This document shows positions 1 through 13,135 of a stretch of DNA of 64,000 nt, one piece after another. Under the pieces are notes generated by a model, which was not told where the DNA came from, searched no databases, and was given only the letters and a program-made list of their open reading frames with translations. Made by a program: the position numbers and the translations under genes. How positions within the stretch are numbered: the first letter of the stretch is position 1; each line of letters opens with the position of its first letter. The DNA is taken from assembly GCA_012295275.1 (NCBI GenBank), contig CM022666.1:1364001-1428000 (forward strand). Direction: 5' to 3'. The stretch comes from Chrysomallon squamiferum. Taxonomy: Eukaryota; Animalia; Mollusca.

Positions 1-228
1 AAACTAATTATATATAAAGAACAAAAATTAAAAAAAAAAAAAAAAAAAAAAACAATAATAATAAGAAAAAAATAACGAAATAATAATAACAATAATAATA
101 ATAATAATTTAAAAAATAAGTAAAAACGTTAGTTGCATTAGTATGAACTGAAAGATACTAAATACACCAGTATTAAAATTAGTTTTTAGTGTCTTCAGAG
201 TAAAACTCTGGTATGTTGTAACTCGTAC

Positions 229-315
229 CAGAATAGAGAGAAGCCATTGAAAGTGACAAGCCACTTGATTTCATCTTAGTCAAATTAGTCTGTCCATCTG
301 TTACATTTTCTGATA
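229..315 (-). CDS. RUBCN: Rubicon coding exon 12 (LSENVTDGQTNLTKMKSSGLSLSMASLYS)
   Basis: Acceptor tgtcttcag, donor CTG|gtacga, phase 1 to 1. The gene continues past position 1. Confidence 0.82.
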
Positions 316-1318
316 CTGAAGACAAAAGCAATTAGTATTACTTAAAAAAAAAAAAAAAAAATTACAGACAGAATGATATTTATATATATATATATATATT
401 TATTTATAAAAAAAATTATATATATAAAAAATTAGACTGAAGATGTATACATTTACAACAAAAAATAAAAATAAATAATAATAAAAGAAAATAAATAAAT
501 AAAATATACCATAATTTAGTTCTTGTTGCCCTAAATAAATAAAACAAAATATTTAAAAAAAAGAAAACAAAGAAAGAAAATAGAATAATAAAATGATATA
601 AAAAAAATGTAAAGAAATATACATAAATTAAATAATTAAAATAAAATAAATAAAAACATCATTTTGAAAATGAATAAAAACAACAATATAAAAAAAAAAT
701 AAAACAAATAAATAAATAAATAAATAAATTTATCTATTCATAACATTATATTATATTCACATCAAATAAAAATTAATTTTCATTTTAACTGCTTAATATT
801 TATTATCAAAGTATATTAATTAACATTGTTACTAAAACATTTTCCTTTCTAATTTTAATTTCTATTTCTGAAAAGTTTAATACAATGCTTGATGTATTTA
901 ATCTCAATTTTTCAATTCATTTTAATCTGATACATAACTGGTAATGTATTTTATGAAAGTGTGGGTAAACACTGAGAATAGTGATATAGAGAATAAACAA
1001 GTTTGAAAAGCTAAGGAAAAGATTCATGATTGTGTGTGTAAAATAAAATAAAAACTTATGTAAATAGATTGTGTTTGTAGAAGGAATTGCATCATTCAAA
1101 TACAGACAAATAGTTTACATAAAATAATAAAATAATAATGATAATGATACAAATAATAAAAAATAATAATAATAATAATAATAATAATACTAATAATGAT
1201 AAAGATGATAATAATAATGTTAACAATAATGATAATAATAATGATAATAATAAATAATGATGATAATAATAATAATAATAATATATGCACACATACACAT
1301 TTTCTTGTAAATACTTAC

Positions 1319-1363
1319 GTGAATATTCAAAATCATCAAATTCATCACTAGAATTGGAACTGT
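1319..1363 (-). CDS. RUBCN: Rubicon coding exon 11, 45 nt symmetric (DSSNSSDEFDDFEYS)
   Basis: Acceptor catttttag, donor CAC|gtaagt, phase 1 to 1. Confidence 0.78.
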
Positions 1364-1862
1364 CTAAAAATGTAACAGAAAATTTTATTTAATTAAAAAA
1401 AATCATTAAAAAATAGAAGAAAGAAAAAGGAAATGAAAAAGAGAAAATAAATAACTAATAAATTTGAAATGCTAAAATAAAGTTTGAATGTGCATGTGTC
1501 TGCATTTAAATGTCTAATTAAAGAAAAATTATAATTAATTTATCATATAAACATAAATAAATATAAACAACCTTTTTTTCTTTAAAATAAGTAAGCTACA
1601 TATAAAAGATTTAATTTATTTAAATAAATCGCTGAATAAATATCAAATATAAAATAAAAAATAAAAACTATAATTTTAAATGAAATAAACAAATAAACAA
1701 ATAAGTAATATGCAAATTCATAACTGGTATGTATTTATATATAAATTATATGTATGTAAAATGAATGCATATAATATAATTTAATAACAATGTTTGTAAC
1801 AATAATAATGTAAAATAATAACAAATAACATAATTTAACAACAATAAAATAATAACAATAAC

Positions 1863-1914
<52 letters not shown>

Positions 1915-1975
1915 TAAATAAATAAACAAATAAACAAATAAATAAAAATAAGATTAAACTGACATATAAACACAC

Positions 1976-2032
1976 CTGAAAATGATGAAAAATCATAAGT
2001 GCTCAAAGAGGAGGAAGTGCTGGTTACCGTGA
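1976..2032 (-). CDS. RUBCN: Rubicon coding exon 10, 57 nt symmetric (TVTSTSSSLSTYDFSSFS)
   Basis: Acceptor tgttgtag, donor CAG|gtgtgt, phase 1 to 1, open frame. Confidence 0.65.
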
Positions 2033-2769
2033 CTACAACACAGAAAGCAGCAAAACAAATTTACACAAACACAGAAAATCAAATATCAAACAAGAAAACA
2101 AAAACAGTTAAAGTAACTAAACAAGAGTGCAAACAGAAAATTTTAAATTAATATTTAATATATGTGATCAGTGTTATATTTTTAAAATTTTATTTAATGT
2201 TAAGATATCAGAACTTATTTAAAAATAATGGATGCATACGTATGTATATTATACTCTCAACTACAAAAACAAATATTACAATATATATACATATACAATA
2301 TTTAAATATATCCTAAAACAATATACTGAATAGTAAAGTTAACTAATGTTAATAATTATATTTTGAAAATACTGTTACAAAATTTTAAAATGGCATATGC
2401 TTAGTGTAATATAATTAAATACTTTTATTATTTTTCCAAATACTTTTTTTTGCTGTTGGAGATATGTCTTTCCTAATAATAAAGTATGACAATAAAATAA
2501 CGGCTAAATTTTTTTTCTTTTATTATGATACTGTCCTCTTTTTCAAATTTTCTTTTTAAATATTTGATTTTGCCTAGAAATGTAAAAATTCCTAACAGAC
2601 TGAGGCTGTGGTAATTTACTTATAGTATTATTATATGAAGGAAATTTCTTTGTAATTAAAAAGGTCAAGGTCATCTGATGCAATGAATGCGGGGTCACAA
2701 GGTCATGTGAATGTGTTTAAGCTGTATACATTTTTACTTATATGGATGTCTGTGTATAGAAAAACTTAC

Positions 2770-2812
2770 TGTCAGTTTTGCCATCGCTGAATGCTGGAAA
2801 TCCTCGTGCTTT
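2770..2812 (-). CDS. RUBCN: Rubicon coding exon 9 (KARGFPAFSDGKTD)
   Basis: Acceptor atttcag, donor ACA|gtaagt, phase 0 to 1. Confidence 0.82.
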
Positions 2813-3503
2813 CTGAAATCAATTAAATGAAAGAAAAACATTAAAATATAAAATATATTTGTTTTTCATATTATGTCTAATGAAATGGATAAGGTGAAAA
2901 TTACAGACTTTGTGTCTCTTATAAAATACGTAATAAATAATTTGCAATTAATACAATGTATTTTCAGTAGATTAGGATAGTCTGTGAAAAAATTACCTTT
3001 GTGACTCTTATACTCAAAATCTAATTTAAAAAAAAAACATTATAATAAAATGTTTAGAAGCACATTTATTCTATTTTATAACTTCATGCAAAAACAAAAA
3101 ACCCCAACATAAAAATGAAAATTTTAAAAAAAATAAACAATTAAAAAAAATACAGTTAATAACATTTCTGAAATGAAATAAAGAATGCATGAAAAATGAA
3201 AGAAAATGAAAATTAAATGAAAGAATAAATAAATAAATGAAAATTAATAAAAGATAAAAAAAAATAAAAAAAATAAATGAAAAAATAATTAATCAAATAA
3301 ACCTTAAAAAATAAAAAAAAAAAAAATTAAATGTCCTATTATAAAAATGTAAATAAATGAATTAATAATTAATCAAATCTTAAAAAAAAATAAAAATAAA
3401 AAAAATAAATAAATTAAATCAAATTAAATTATTAAAAAATATAAGTTTATAAAAAAAAAAATGTTTTATTTTTGTCTAAAGTTTTAACATTTATATATTT
3501 TAC

Positions 3504-3677
3504 CTCCTTCAATCTTTCGCGTCTACGGATTCGAATTCTTTGTTTTAGCTGCTGGATTTCTTCATCCGATTCTTCATCTGGTTCATCATCCTTCTGGGAT
3601 GATGAGATGATATGATTCCACTTCATCTGCTCAATAGCTGCTATCAGTGCTTCAGAAATACTGAAGTGAGCATTTTC
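3504..3677 (-). CDS. RUBCN: Rubicon coding exon 8, PI3K-complex-binding/coiled-coil region (ENAHFSISEALIAAIEQMK...IRRRERLKE)
   Basis: Acceptor tttttcag, donor GAG|gtaaaa, 58 codons. Close to human ENAHFSISESLIAAIELMK. Confidence 0.95.
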
Positions 3678-3879
3678 CTGAAAAAAAAAATTAAAAAAAT
3701 AAAAATAAAAATATAAATAAAAATATAAAATCTACAATCACCACAATCTTCTTTTTTACGAAGAAGCAATGAAAATATTTTATTTTAATTTATTTATTTG
3801 TTTATTTTTAAGAAATATATGTGAGAGGAAAAAAAAAAAAAAAAATTATTTCACAAGTTTTGTCTAAAACACAATAAAC

Positions 3880-3986
3880 CTTATCAAGACTGGCACAAGT
3901 ATGGAAGTCCTGGGAAGAGAGATAACTCCGTAGAGACTGGCCCTGAGCTGGAGGCATGAGTAATCCCTCACATCTCTGGGCAGGAA
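3880..3986 (-). CDS. RUBCN: Rubicon coding exon 7 (PAQRCEGLLMPPAQGQSLRSYLSSQDFHTCASLDK)
   Basis: Acceptor attttcag, donor AAG|gtttat. Resembles human [21 protein letters not shown]. Confidence 0.93.
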
Positions 3987-4707
3987 CTGAAAATAAACAG
4001 AATCAAAATTGATAAAGAAAAAATAAATAATTTTTTGCAAATAATCTGTTAAAACTAAAAACTAAAAATAAATAAATAAATAAAAGATAAAACAATTAGC
4101 ATGGACTATTTTATAGTATTCTTTCAATGGTGTAAGATAATGAGAATCATAATACATGTACTTAATTCATCATGGTTTGAATATTATTTCAGAAAGTATC
4201 TCTCTTTCTTATGATGAATAAGCATTTATTAATTGTTAAATTAAATAATTAATAAAAAAAGAAATAAAAAAAAAAACAGGATGGGAAAACATTTTTTTTT
4301 ATAGGCAGTGATTGATAAAATCTATCTTAAAAAATGTATAATTAACAAAATTTTCAAATAAGAAAAATAAATAAAAAAAAAATAAAAAAATGAAATAAAA
4401 TAAAATAAAATAAAATAAATTAAAAAAAAAATTAATATACAAATTACTTCATTGGCAATAAATAAATGAATGAATAAACCAAAAAAAAAAAAAAAAAAAA
4501 AAAATAAATCAAAAAAAAATATATAAAATATATATATATATATAAAATAAAATATAAAATAAAATAGTTTAAACTTTAAAAATAATAATAAAAAATTGAC
4601 AATAAAAATAAATAAAAAATAACAAAATAAAATAATTAAAAAAAAAAATATATATATAAAAATATTAAAAAAAAAAATAAAATAAAAAAAAAAAAAAAAG
4701 GACCTAC

Positions 4708-5235
4708 ATCTTTTGATAGGCTGTGGCAAGGAAGCTGCTTGATTCCTCGTAACAAAAACGCTTCCTGATGAGATCTGGTTCAGCATCGACGCACTCATAT
4801 CAGACTGGGATCGCTTGTGTCCCATCGTCTTCACCGTCTCAGCGCTGTTAACATACTTCTCAGCGCTGACCGTCACAACGTCAGAATTGTTTGAAACATT
4901 AACACTGCCTTTGCCATAGTCGTCACACCTGCTTGAATTTCTGTTCTTGTTAATCGAACTGGAATTCGCGTAAGCGTGCGACCTGTGAATTGTCTTGTAC
5001 TTGGGTGATGGTGAGGTGATTGTCTTGCTGTGTTTTATGGGTTGGGGTGAGGTCAGCTCGCGTCTTGACGGGCTGGGGAGGAACTCAACGTTGAGGAGAG
5101 GGTCGCTGTGAATTCTGTCGTAGAAGCTGAAAGAGGGTGGAGTCTCGGGCGGGGAAAGCGGCTCACCCCCCGACTTGCTGAGCACTGTCCTGAGAGCCTC
5201 CTTGGCACTGTTCCTGGATTCATCTGGACTAGAAC
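4708..5235 (-). CDS. RUBCN: Rubicon coding exon 6, Ser/Pro-rich region (..GHKRSQSD..)
   Basis: Acceptor acacag, donor AGAT|gtaggt, 528 nt open, phase 1 to 1. Confidence 0.87.
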
Positions 5236-5553
5236 CTGTGTGTTAATAAACACTCATTTATTTTTATTTATTTATTACACCACATTTTGTGTGTGTGTGT
5301 GTGTGTGTGTTTGTGCTCATGTGTATACACACACACACACGCGCACTTAGTTTATTTACTATACATCCAATATAAAATGATCATAATTTTTTTTTAATCA
5401 GTATACGATTAATTTGCTCTCTAATCTGTTTTCAAGTGTTCAAGGGCTGTACTTGTGTCTGATTTATATTTATGTATTTATTCTTTATTAAGCTTTGTCT
5501 GTGTTTAAAATCAGAACATGTGTATTGGTGTGTATAATACCGCAAGTCTTTAA

Positions 5554-5617
<64 letters not shown>

Positions 5618-5649
5618 CTGCTATCTGACATAAACACACACTCTCAGAT

Positions 5650-5882
5650 GCATATAACCTCACCAGTATTAACTGGAACAGCACATCTTTATGTATATCT
5701 ATGTGTATGTATCTTCTCTCTCTATACATTCACACACACACACACACATACACAAACAGACAGACACACAGACACAAACTAAGGTATGTACAGTCTCACC
5801 TATATTAACTGGAATAGCATGTCTTTATGTATGTACATCTATGTGCATGTGTCTTCTTTCTCTATACATTCATACACACACA

Positions 5883-5920
<38 letters not shown>

Positions 5921-5962
5921 CAGGTACGTACAATCTCACCTATATTAACTGGAACGGCATGC
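5650..5962. repeat. Tandem duplication (about 136-140 bp period) containing the RUBCN exon 5 donor
   Basis: CTCACC..TATTAACTGGAA..GCA occurs at 5659, 5795 and 5935, separated by shared sequence plus (CA)n. Confidence 0.85.
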
Positions 5963-6132
5963 TCGTCGGAGGTGCACAGCACTGTCTCGTGGCTGCTGGG
6001 TGAGGAAAAGGGCGGGGCAAGTGCGTAGACGTCTTCTCTGTCTCGGGTCCTCATTGTTCCCGCATTAGAAATGTGGTTAATTGGGAGAGAAGCACTGCGA
6101 GTGTGACAGTATTTTTTACGAGTCTGATTCAG
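5940..6132 (-). CDS. RUBCN: Rubicon coding exon 5 (LNQTRKKYCHTRSASLP...VPVNI)
   Basis: Acceptor tgtttcag, donor TAG|gtgaga, phase 0 to 1, GC-rich coding-like composition. Confidence 0.87.
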
Positions 6133-7195
6133 CTGAAACAAAGTAAACTGCATTTTCTTAACTGTATTGTTATCATCATTTGAAACAATTAATCAAATAT
6201 TAACAGTACTATTATTACTGACTACTACTAATAATAACAGTAATAGTAAATAATAATGGTAATAACAATGATGATGATGAAAATGATAATAATAAATTTA
6301 ATAAATAATATAAATAAAGATAATGATAATAAATAATAAATAATAAATAAAAAATGAAAATAAATAATAATATAAATAAAGATAATGATAATAAATAATA
6401 AATAATATAAATAAAGATAATGATAATAAATAATAAATAATATAAATAAAGATGATAATAAATAATAATAATAATAAACATAATAAACAGTAATAAATAA
6501 ATTTTCAAAAAAATTAAAAACTAATGATAATAATAAAAAATAAATAATAATAAAAATAATGATAACAACAATAATAATGATCGTAATAAATAAATAAATA
6601 AATAAATAAATAAATAGATAAATAGATAAATGAATAAATAAAAGAATTATTTAATACATACCAAACTGATACACAATAAATTAACAATATTTAACTTTAC
6701 TACTCTACCTACCTACATACACTGAATCAGACATTAGATAACACTCCTGTTTGTCATACGTTCATTTGCAACTGAACAACAAATGACCTGACTGTCATCC
6801 TGCGAACTTTGGCTTCTCAATCAATCATAACCTATCTAACTTGCATTACAACCATAGTTTGATTTAGTAGATCTGAGATTGTGTCACAGATTAAACAAGT
6901 CCGCTTCTTGTTTGAAATTAGTAATCTATGTAATGATTTCACTAACGAAATGAAAACATTTTTTTTTTTTTTTTTTTTTTTGTAACAAGTAATTAATTAA
7001 CAGTGCTTCTTAAATTAGGAACAAATGGCTAATCCAAATGAGAGAAGGAAATTATCAAAAGATTAAAAGAGATCTGATTGGAAGTGAATCAAATATGAAA
7101 AAAAATTAAAAAAAATTGAGAGGGTCAAATGATGAAGATAATATCAACATGGTGAATTTGCGTGCATGTGTGTGTGTGTGTTTGTGTGTCCTCAC

Positions 7196-7302
7196 CAGAT
7201 TTGGGTTGATTTCTGCCAGCAAAGCAACTTTGTTCTGTTCAATAGCTTTCAGACATATTATCAGCGACTGAAGATAAGCTGGACACCGAAGGAAGGCATT
7301 CT
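7196..7302 (-). CDS. RUBCN: Rubicon coding exon 4, end of RUN domain (ENAFLRCPAYLQSLIICLKAIEQNKVALLAEINPNL)
   Basis: Acceptor tttttcag, donor CTG|gtgagg, phase 1 to 0. AFL...CL.A.EQN...LLA.I motif. Confidence 0.93.
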
Positions 7303-7390
7303 CTGAAAAATAACAAAAACAAACATCAGAACTAACTAGACAACATTTCATATTTGTGCTTCATTAACAGCATTAATTCTGATAATGATA

Positions 7391-7430
<40 letters not shown>

Positions 7431-7866
7431 CTAGAATTGACTGAATAAATAATACATTTGTGTTTTGTTAACAGTACAGTATTAATAATAGTGATGATGA
7501 TGATGACAATGATTGAATATTTTTTAAATATATTTTACATTTGTTAGTAACATTTTCATCACATTTTCAAGCTTTTTGAATTTCTGTCAGACATTCACAT
7601 TTGAGCACTCTTCCAGCTGTTTTTAGATATTCAAGTGTACAGCGTGTGAAGTTTGATATACTGGTATGTAATTTTAAACTCTGAGACATGACAATTCATT
7701 TTTAACACTACAGAGTGACTCATGAATGCACCAGGTCTGTTTTAACTGCTTCATTTGTTTTATCACTGTTACTGTCACACTGACCCATTCATTTAAATCA
7801 CGAATGAAACTAAAAATACACCTTAACATACAGATACTCTTCATCAGATAGATACACTCAATGAAA

Positions 7867-7869
<3 letters not shown>

Positions 7870-7929
<60 letters not shown>

Positions 7930-7930
7930 A

Positions 7931-7963
<33 letters not shown>

Positions 7964-8038
7964 CACACACACAACACACACACACACTCAGACACAACAC
8001 ACATATGTACACACACACACACCACACATGCACACACA

Positions 8039-8116
<78 letters not shown>
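7870..8116. repeat. Compound (CA)n microsatellite
   Basis: Directly visible. Confidence 0.95.
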
Positions 8117-8118
<2 letters not shown>

Positions 8119-8794
8119 AGACATTTAGAGATAATATTCACATTTTTGTTGGTGACCACAAAACAGCTGTATTAACACACACAACAGCTGTATTAACACA
8201 CACAACAGCCTCATCTAGTAACTCATCATTTTAACATTATTAAAATGTCAAAAGGTCTCTTTTAAACAGAAAATTACTTTTTCAGATAGAATTCAAAATA
8301 TTGCTAATGTTATTGCTGCTACTACTACTACTACTACTATTAATAATAATGATACTACTATAACTACTACTACTACAACTAATAATAATAACAATAATAA
8401 AAAGAATAATAATATCAAGATAAAATGACTGACAGTACAAAATAAATAGTTTAAAAAAAAGTATTTTAATTACATACCAGTAAAAGAGGAAGAAACAGGA
8501 ACGAATCTTTTAAGATTTTACAACCACAAACAGGACAATTTTACTATGAGACTGACCAACTTCCTCATACCACTGTCAGAGTCACTCACAGGGAGTTATT
8601 TGTCTAATTACTGTCTGAAAAAAAGGTGTGTTCATCTCCATACAGTAGTGAAGCCAAAATTTGTCCTTAAATACCACTAAGCAATCTGGGTCACATGTTG
8701 TATGCAGCTTACTGGAAGTTAGGTGAACTTTGCATTGCTCCAGTAGCCACATTATTGTTACAACTTGCATGAACAGCTATTTTTACTGTTATCT

Positions 8795-8997
8795 TACTGA
8801 AGAATATAGCATTAATACTCACATTCAGTAATGGACAAACATTCTGTCAATGAAGTATATAATATTAATAGCCACATTCACTAATGGTAATACCCTCGTT
8901 CTGACAATCTGATATATAAAGTTACGTATCAACATTCAGTAATAGACACAGCCCCATATATTATTACTGATGAATGTAGCATTAATACCCACATTAT
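8795..8997. repeat. Degenerate tandem repeat, about 53-59 bp x4
   Basis: ACATTCA(G/C)TAAT at 8821, 8874 and 8932, plus acatta at 8991. Confidence 0.6.
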
Positions 8998-9155
8998 ATT
9001 ATTGAGATATATAATACTATTACATAATTTTTGTCCCTACAAATACCTATTTTTAACACTTGTTAAAATTTATTATGGACTAGGGTACAGCAATACCTAA
9101 TCAGATATAATGGTGGATTGAAGGGAGAGAAAGATTAAAAAAAATCAGAGAGATC

Positions 9156-9157
<2 letters not shown>

Positions 9158-9238
<81 letters not shown>
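9158..9238. repeat. (GA)n microsatellite
   Basis: Directly visible. Confidence 0.95.
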
Positions 9239-9239
<1 letters not shown>

Positions 9240-9697
9240 AGGAAAAGGAAATAAAAACAAAAGAAAGAAAATAAAATATATCAACAACTGTATATCAGAA
9301 AGTCAGACTCATATATATGTACAAACAAATAACTTTAAATGCTACAGAAACAGAGAAAAACTATTCCAAAATAATAAATAATAACAATAACAGTAACAAT
9401 AATAAATAAATAAATAAATAAATAAATATATAAATAAAGCTTCAAATAATAGTGACATACTTACATAAAGACAGACTAAAATAAAGAATATTTCAACAAT
9501 ACAGAACCGAGTCACATGTTTGTGTATATATATATGTATATATATATATATATATCCATATTTTTAACTCCTGTTACATGGAGCTATGGACAGGGCAGCC
9601 AGGACTGTATACATTTGTGAATCAGTAAAGTGAACGTAAGTATGTAAATATCTGTCATTATTCATGGTGAGTAATGGTAAACCTAAGTGCTATGCTT

Positions 9698-9754
<57 letters not shown>

Positions 9755-10107
9755 ATATATATATGCACACACACACATATGCACAAATATATATGAATGC
9801 ACACACATTCTCACACATATATATAAAATATAAAAACACACACACACCTATACAGAATATACACACACACACACACACAAAATCCCCTTGTGATGAAGGC
9901 CTACTGAAGTTGAACTTTAAGCACTCAGATATTACGCAGCTAATAAGCATACGAATGTAAACAAACAGCTGTCCCAGAATGTGAGGAAATGGCTCAACGA
10001 TCAATAACTACATAATGGTCAGTGAGATTTCATCTGTAATAGTAAATAAACATTCACAACAGGCCTAGTCATCTGACCTGTACTGACAGACAGACAGAGA
10101 GGCAGAG

Positions 10108-10236
<129 letters not shown>

Positions 10237-10668
10237 AAGAAAGAAAGAAGGGGAAGAGAGAAACAGAAAGAGGGACAGAAAAAGAGAGAAGGAAATGAGA
10301 CAGTGAGGCAGAACAAGAAAGATAGAAAAAACAGAAAGAAGAGTAAGACAGGAAAAATGAACAGTGAGAGAGAAAGATGAGAAAGAGAGAAAGACAGCAG
10401 AAAGACAGAAAAGGGGTAGAAATGTTCTATTATTATCACTTAGTTTGCAAATAAATTATATACAAAACATATTCAGTACATGAAAGAAACAAGGCAAATT
10501 ATAAATACATAAATAGCCTCATTACATAACACACTGCACCTGTACTTATGTGTATACAGCAAACAAAACATAATTAATTATGACATTTATAATTAATTTG
10601 GCAGAAACTTTTCTACTTTTATAACTTATGGGTGGCAACAAATCATGGATACAGATCACATACACACA

Positions 10669-10732
<64 letters not shown>

Positions 10733-11393
10733 GACAATACCTGTTTTTATGTATGCAAAGTAAAGTAAAAACAGGGGAAAAAAGTTACACATAAATAAGC
10801 TTAACAAACCCCCAAAACAACACAAATTATATATATATATATAAATATACACACTCACATAATGTACAGTACCTGTTGTTAAGTGTACAAGGTAAAGCAA
10901 ACAGACTGAATATCTAGATCTGATTAGACAGGGAGATAACTACAACATTACACATTTTCATTCATGAGTGCAGGTAGACAAAAAGCCAAACATATACCGA
11001 TGTCCAGGTAACTGACCTGACTTGACCGATCAGATGACCATTCAGTCACACCTGACATGCACACACATACCTTTACCTGAACAGGTAATAATTGTACAAC
11101 TTTCTTTGAGAACATGGTGCAGACAGTTTACACATTGTAATTATTGTGAAACCATGGTTACTGATGAGTGAAAAAACAAAAAACAAAGAGCATTATGAAT
11201 ACTGTAGGGACAGTGAAGTGACGTTGGTGATAATTATGCCTTTAATTGATGTTTTATAACTACACTTTGATGTAGATATATCTGAATCTTACTTACATTC
11301 ATGGATAAACATATACCTGAATATATAAATACATGAACACACACACAAACATACACACACATACAGACACACAATCCAATCCTCCATGCTTGC

Positions 11394-11398
<5 letters not shown>

Positions 11399-11491
<93 letters not shown>

Positions 11492-11507
11492 TACACACAC
11501 ACACACA
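11399..11507. repeat. (TC)n(CA)n microsatellite
   Basis: Directly visible. Confidence 0.95.
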
Positions 11508-11736
11508 TTTAATTATCCAGGAATAGGTTATATTTACCTTAAATTCTATCATATTGGTCACAGCTCTTCAACACTCAGAATATAATAGTTCTTAGTCATG
11601 TGAGTACTTATGCACTCACATATACATTACACACACATAGTAAATATACAGACCTTCCTTAAATGATGATTGTTCATATGCACAATAGATTCATGCTTGC
11701 ACACACACATAAAATAAATATAATATATATTTGCAT

Positions 11737-11780
<44 letters not shown>

Positions 11781-12463
11781 ACACACATGCAAATACAGAC
11801 ACACATTAACACACACAGAAACAATAACAATTTTAGTATACTTACTTACATTAACGTTTCTATAATGGCTCTTTTACCAAGTCAGCTATTACATATTATT
11901 ACACTGAATGCACAAAGAATGCTTAGGCACTGTTTTCAAACTGTCAACACAGACTGACAAAGTGTGAGTCATGGTAATAAACAATGACATTTTTAGCTGT
12001 CGGAAATGCATTTTAATGTTCACCTGTAATAAACAGACTTGAAAGAAAAACTCAGGTGAAGTGCAGGAAGTTACTACAAATATTCACTGTCATTAATATA
12101 GTCATTATTGTTTAAAACAAAAAAAAAAAAAAAAACAAAAAAAATTTCTGTTTTCATCAGCATAAAATTATTTTTATTTTTTATTTATTACATGGTCGAT
12201 ATATTTAGGTATATCAATATAAATATTTCAAAAAACAAGGGCCACATTTTGTTTATGTATTTTTCTTTTAAAACCATGTAAATTGATATATGATTTATTA
12301 GTGTGTTTTAAAGTAAGCAATGGATTTAAACTATTGTATTACTTACTGAATGTCTGAGTCATCCAGTAAGAATGTATTGATTAATATGTGTACTAAATTA
12401 ACTGCTTGCAGTTTGATGATAGAATACATAATGATCTTTGAAATGTATTTTTAGGTTTCTATT

Positions 12464-12532
<69 letters not shown>

Positions 12533-13135
12533 TTAATATACTGCATACACAATACACTACAATAATATTTATCATTTAAGGATATGAGTTTTGTAAATGC
12601 ATATCTAATAAACCTTAATGATACAATATAGATAAACCTGTACTTCTAATAAGCTTATCATTTATTTATTGGTTTCTATTTTATATTCATATAAATATAT
12701 GCCCAGTACACATATAGACAGACCTAAAAAGTATATAAAATAAAACATATACTCTGCTTAAACCCCAAAATATGCCATATAAGATAAATTTGTAGTTCTA
12801 ACAATCCAGCACTCTGGCTGATTATTCTTGCATCACAGAAACAACATTTGGACAGTTGAGTAAAAACACGAAGATCTTGGTTTAATGATAAATCATTTAA
12901 TTACATTCTCCATCGAGTCATGACCTCATCATGCGACACTGGGTCACTGGGACAGGGTCACACAATGCAGCTGTTACCACAACTGCTTTCACAGTCAATA
13001 ATACACAACAGCGATCAGCAGTCGTTAATTCTGACAGGCTTTGTTTATCTTCACGTAACGAATCAATAAAATCGTGGACCGTTCTAGTCAGAAAATACAG
13101 ATTTTCAACCCCACTTCCAAGTGGAATGATTTAAA

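Noticed and set aside
4322-4707. Hydrophobic Phe/Ile-rich tail of the 287-aa ORF, resembling transmembrane segments
   Set aside because: It is read-through into a T-rich intron past the donor at 4707; only 4708-5235 is exon.
6662-6665. Apparent 4-nt microexon (tatcag TTTG gtatgt) in RUBCN intron 4
   Set aside because: It would shift the frame, has a weak pyrimidine tract, and is easily explained by chance.
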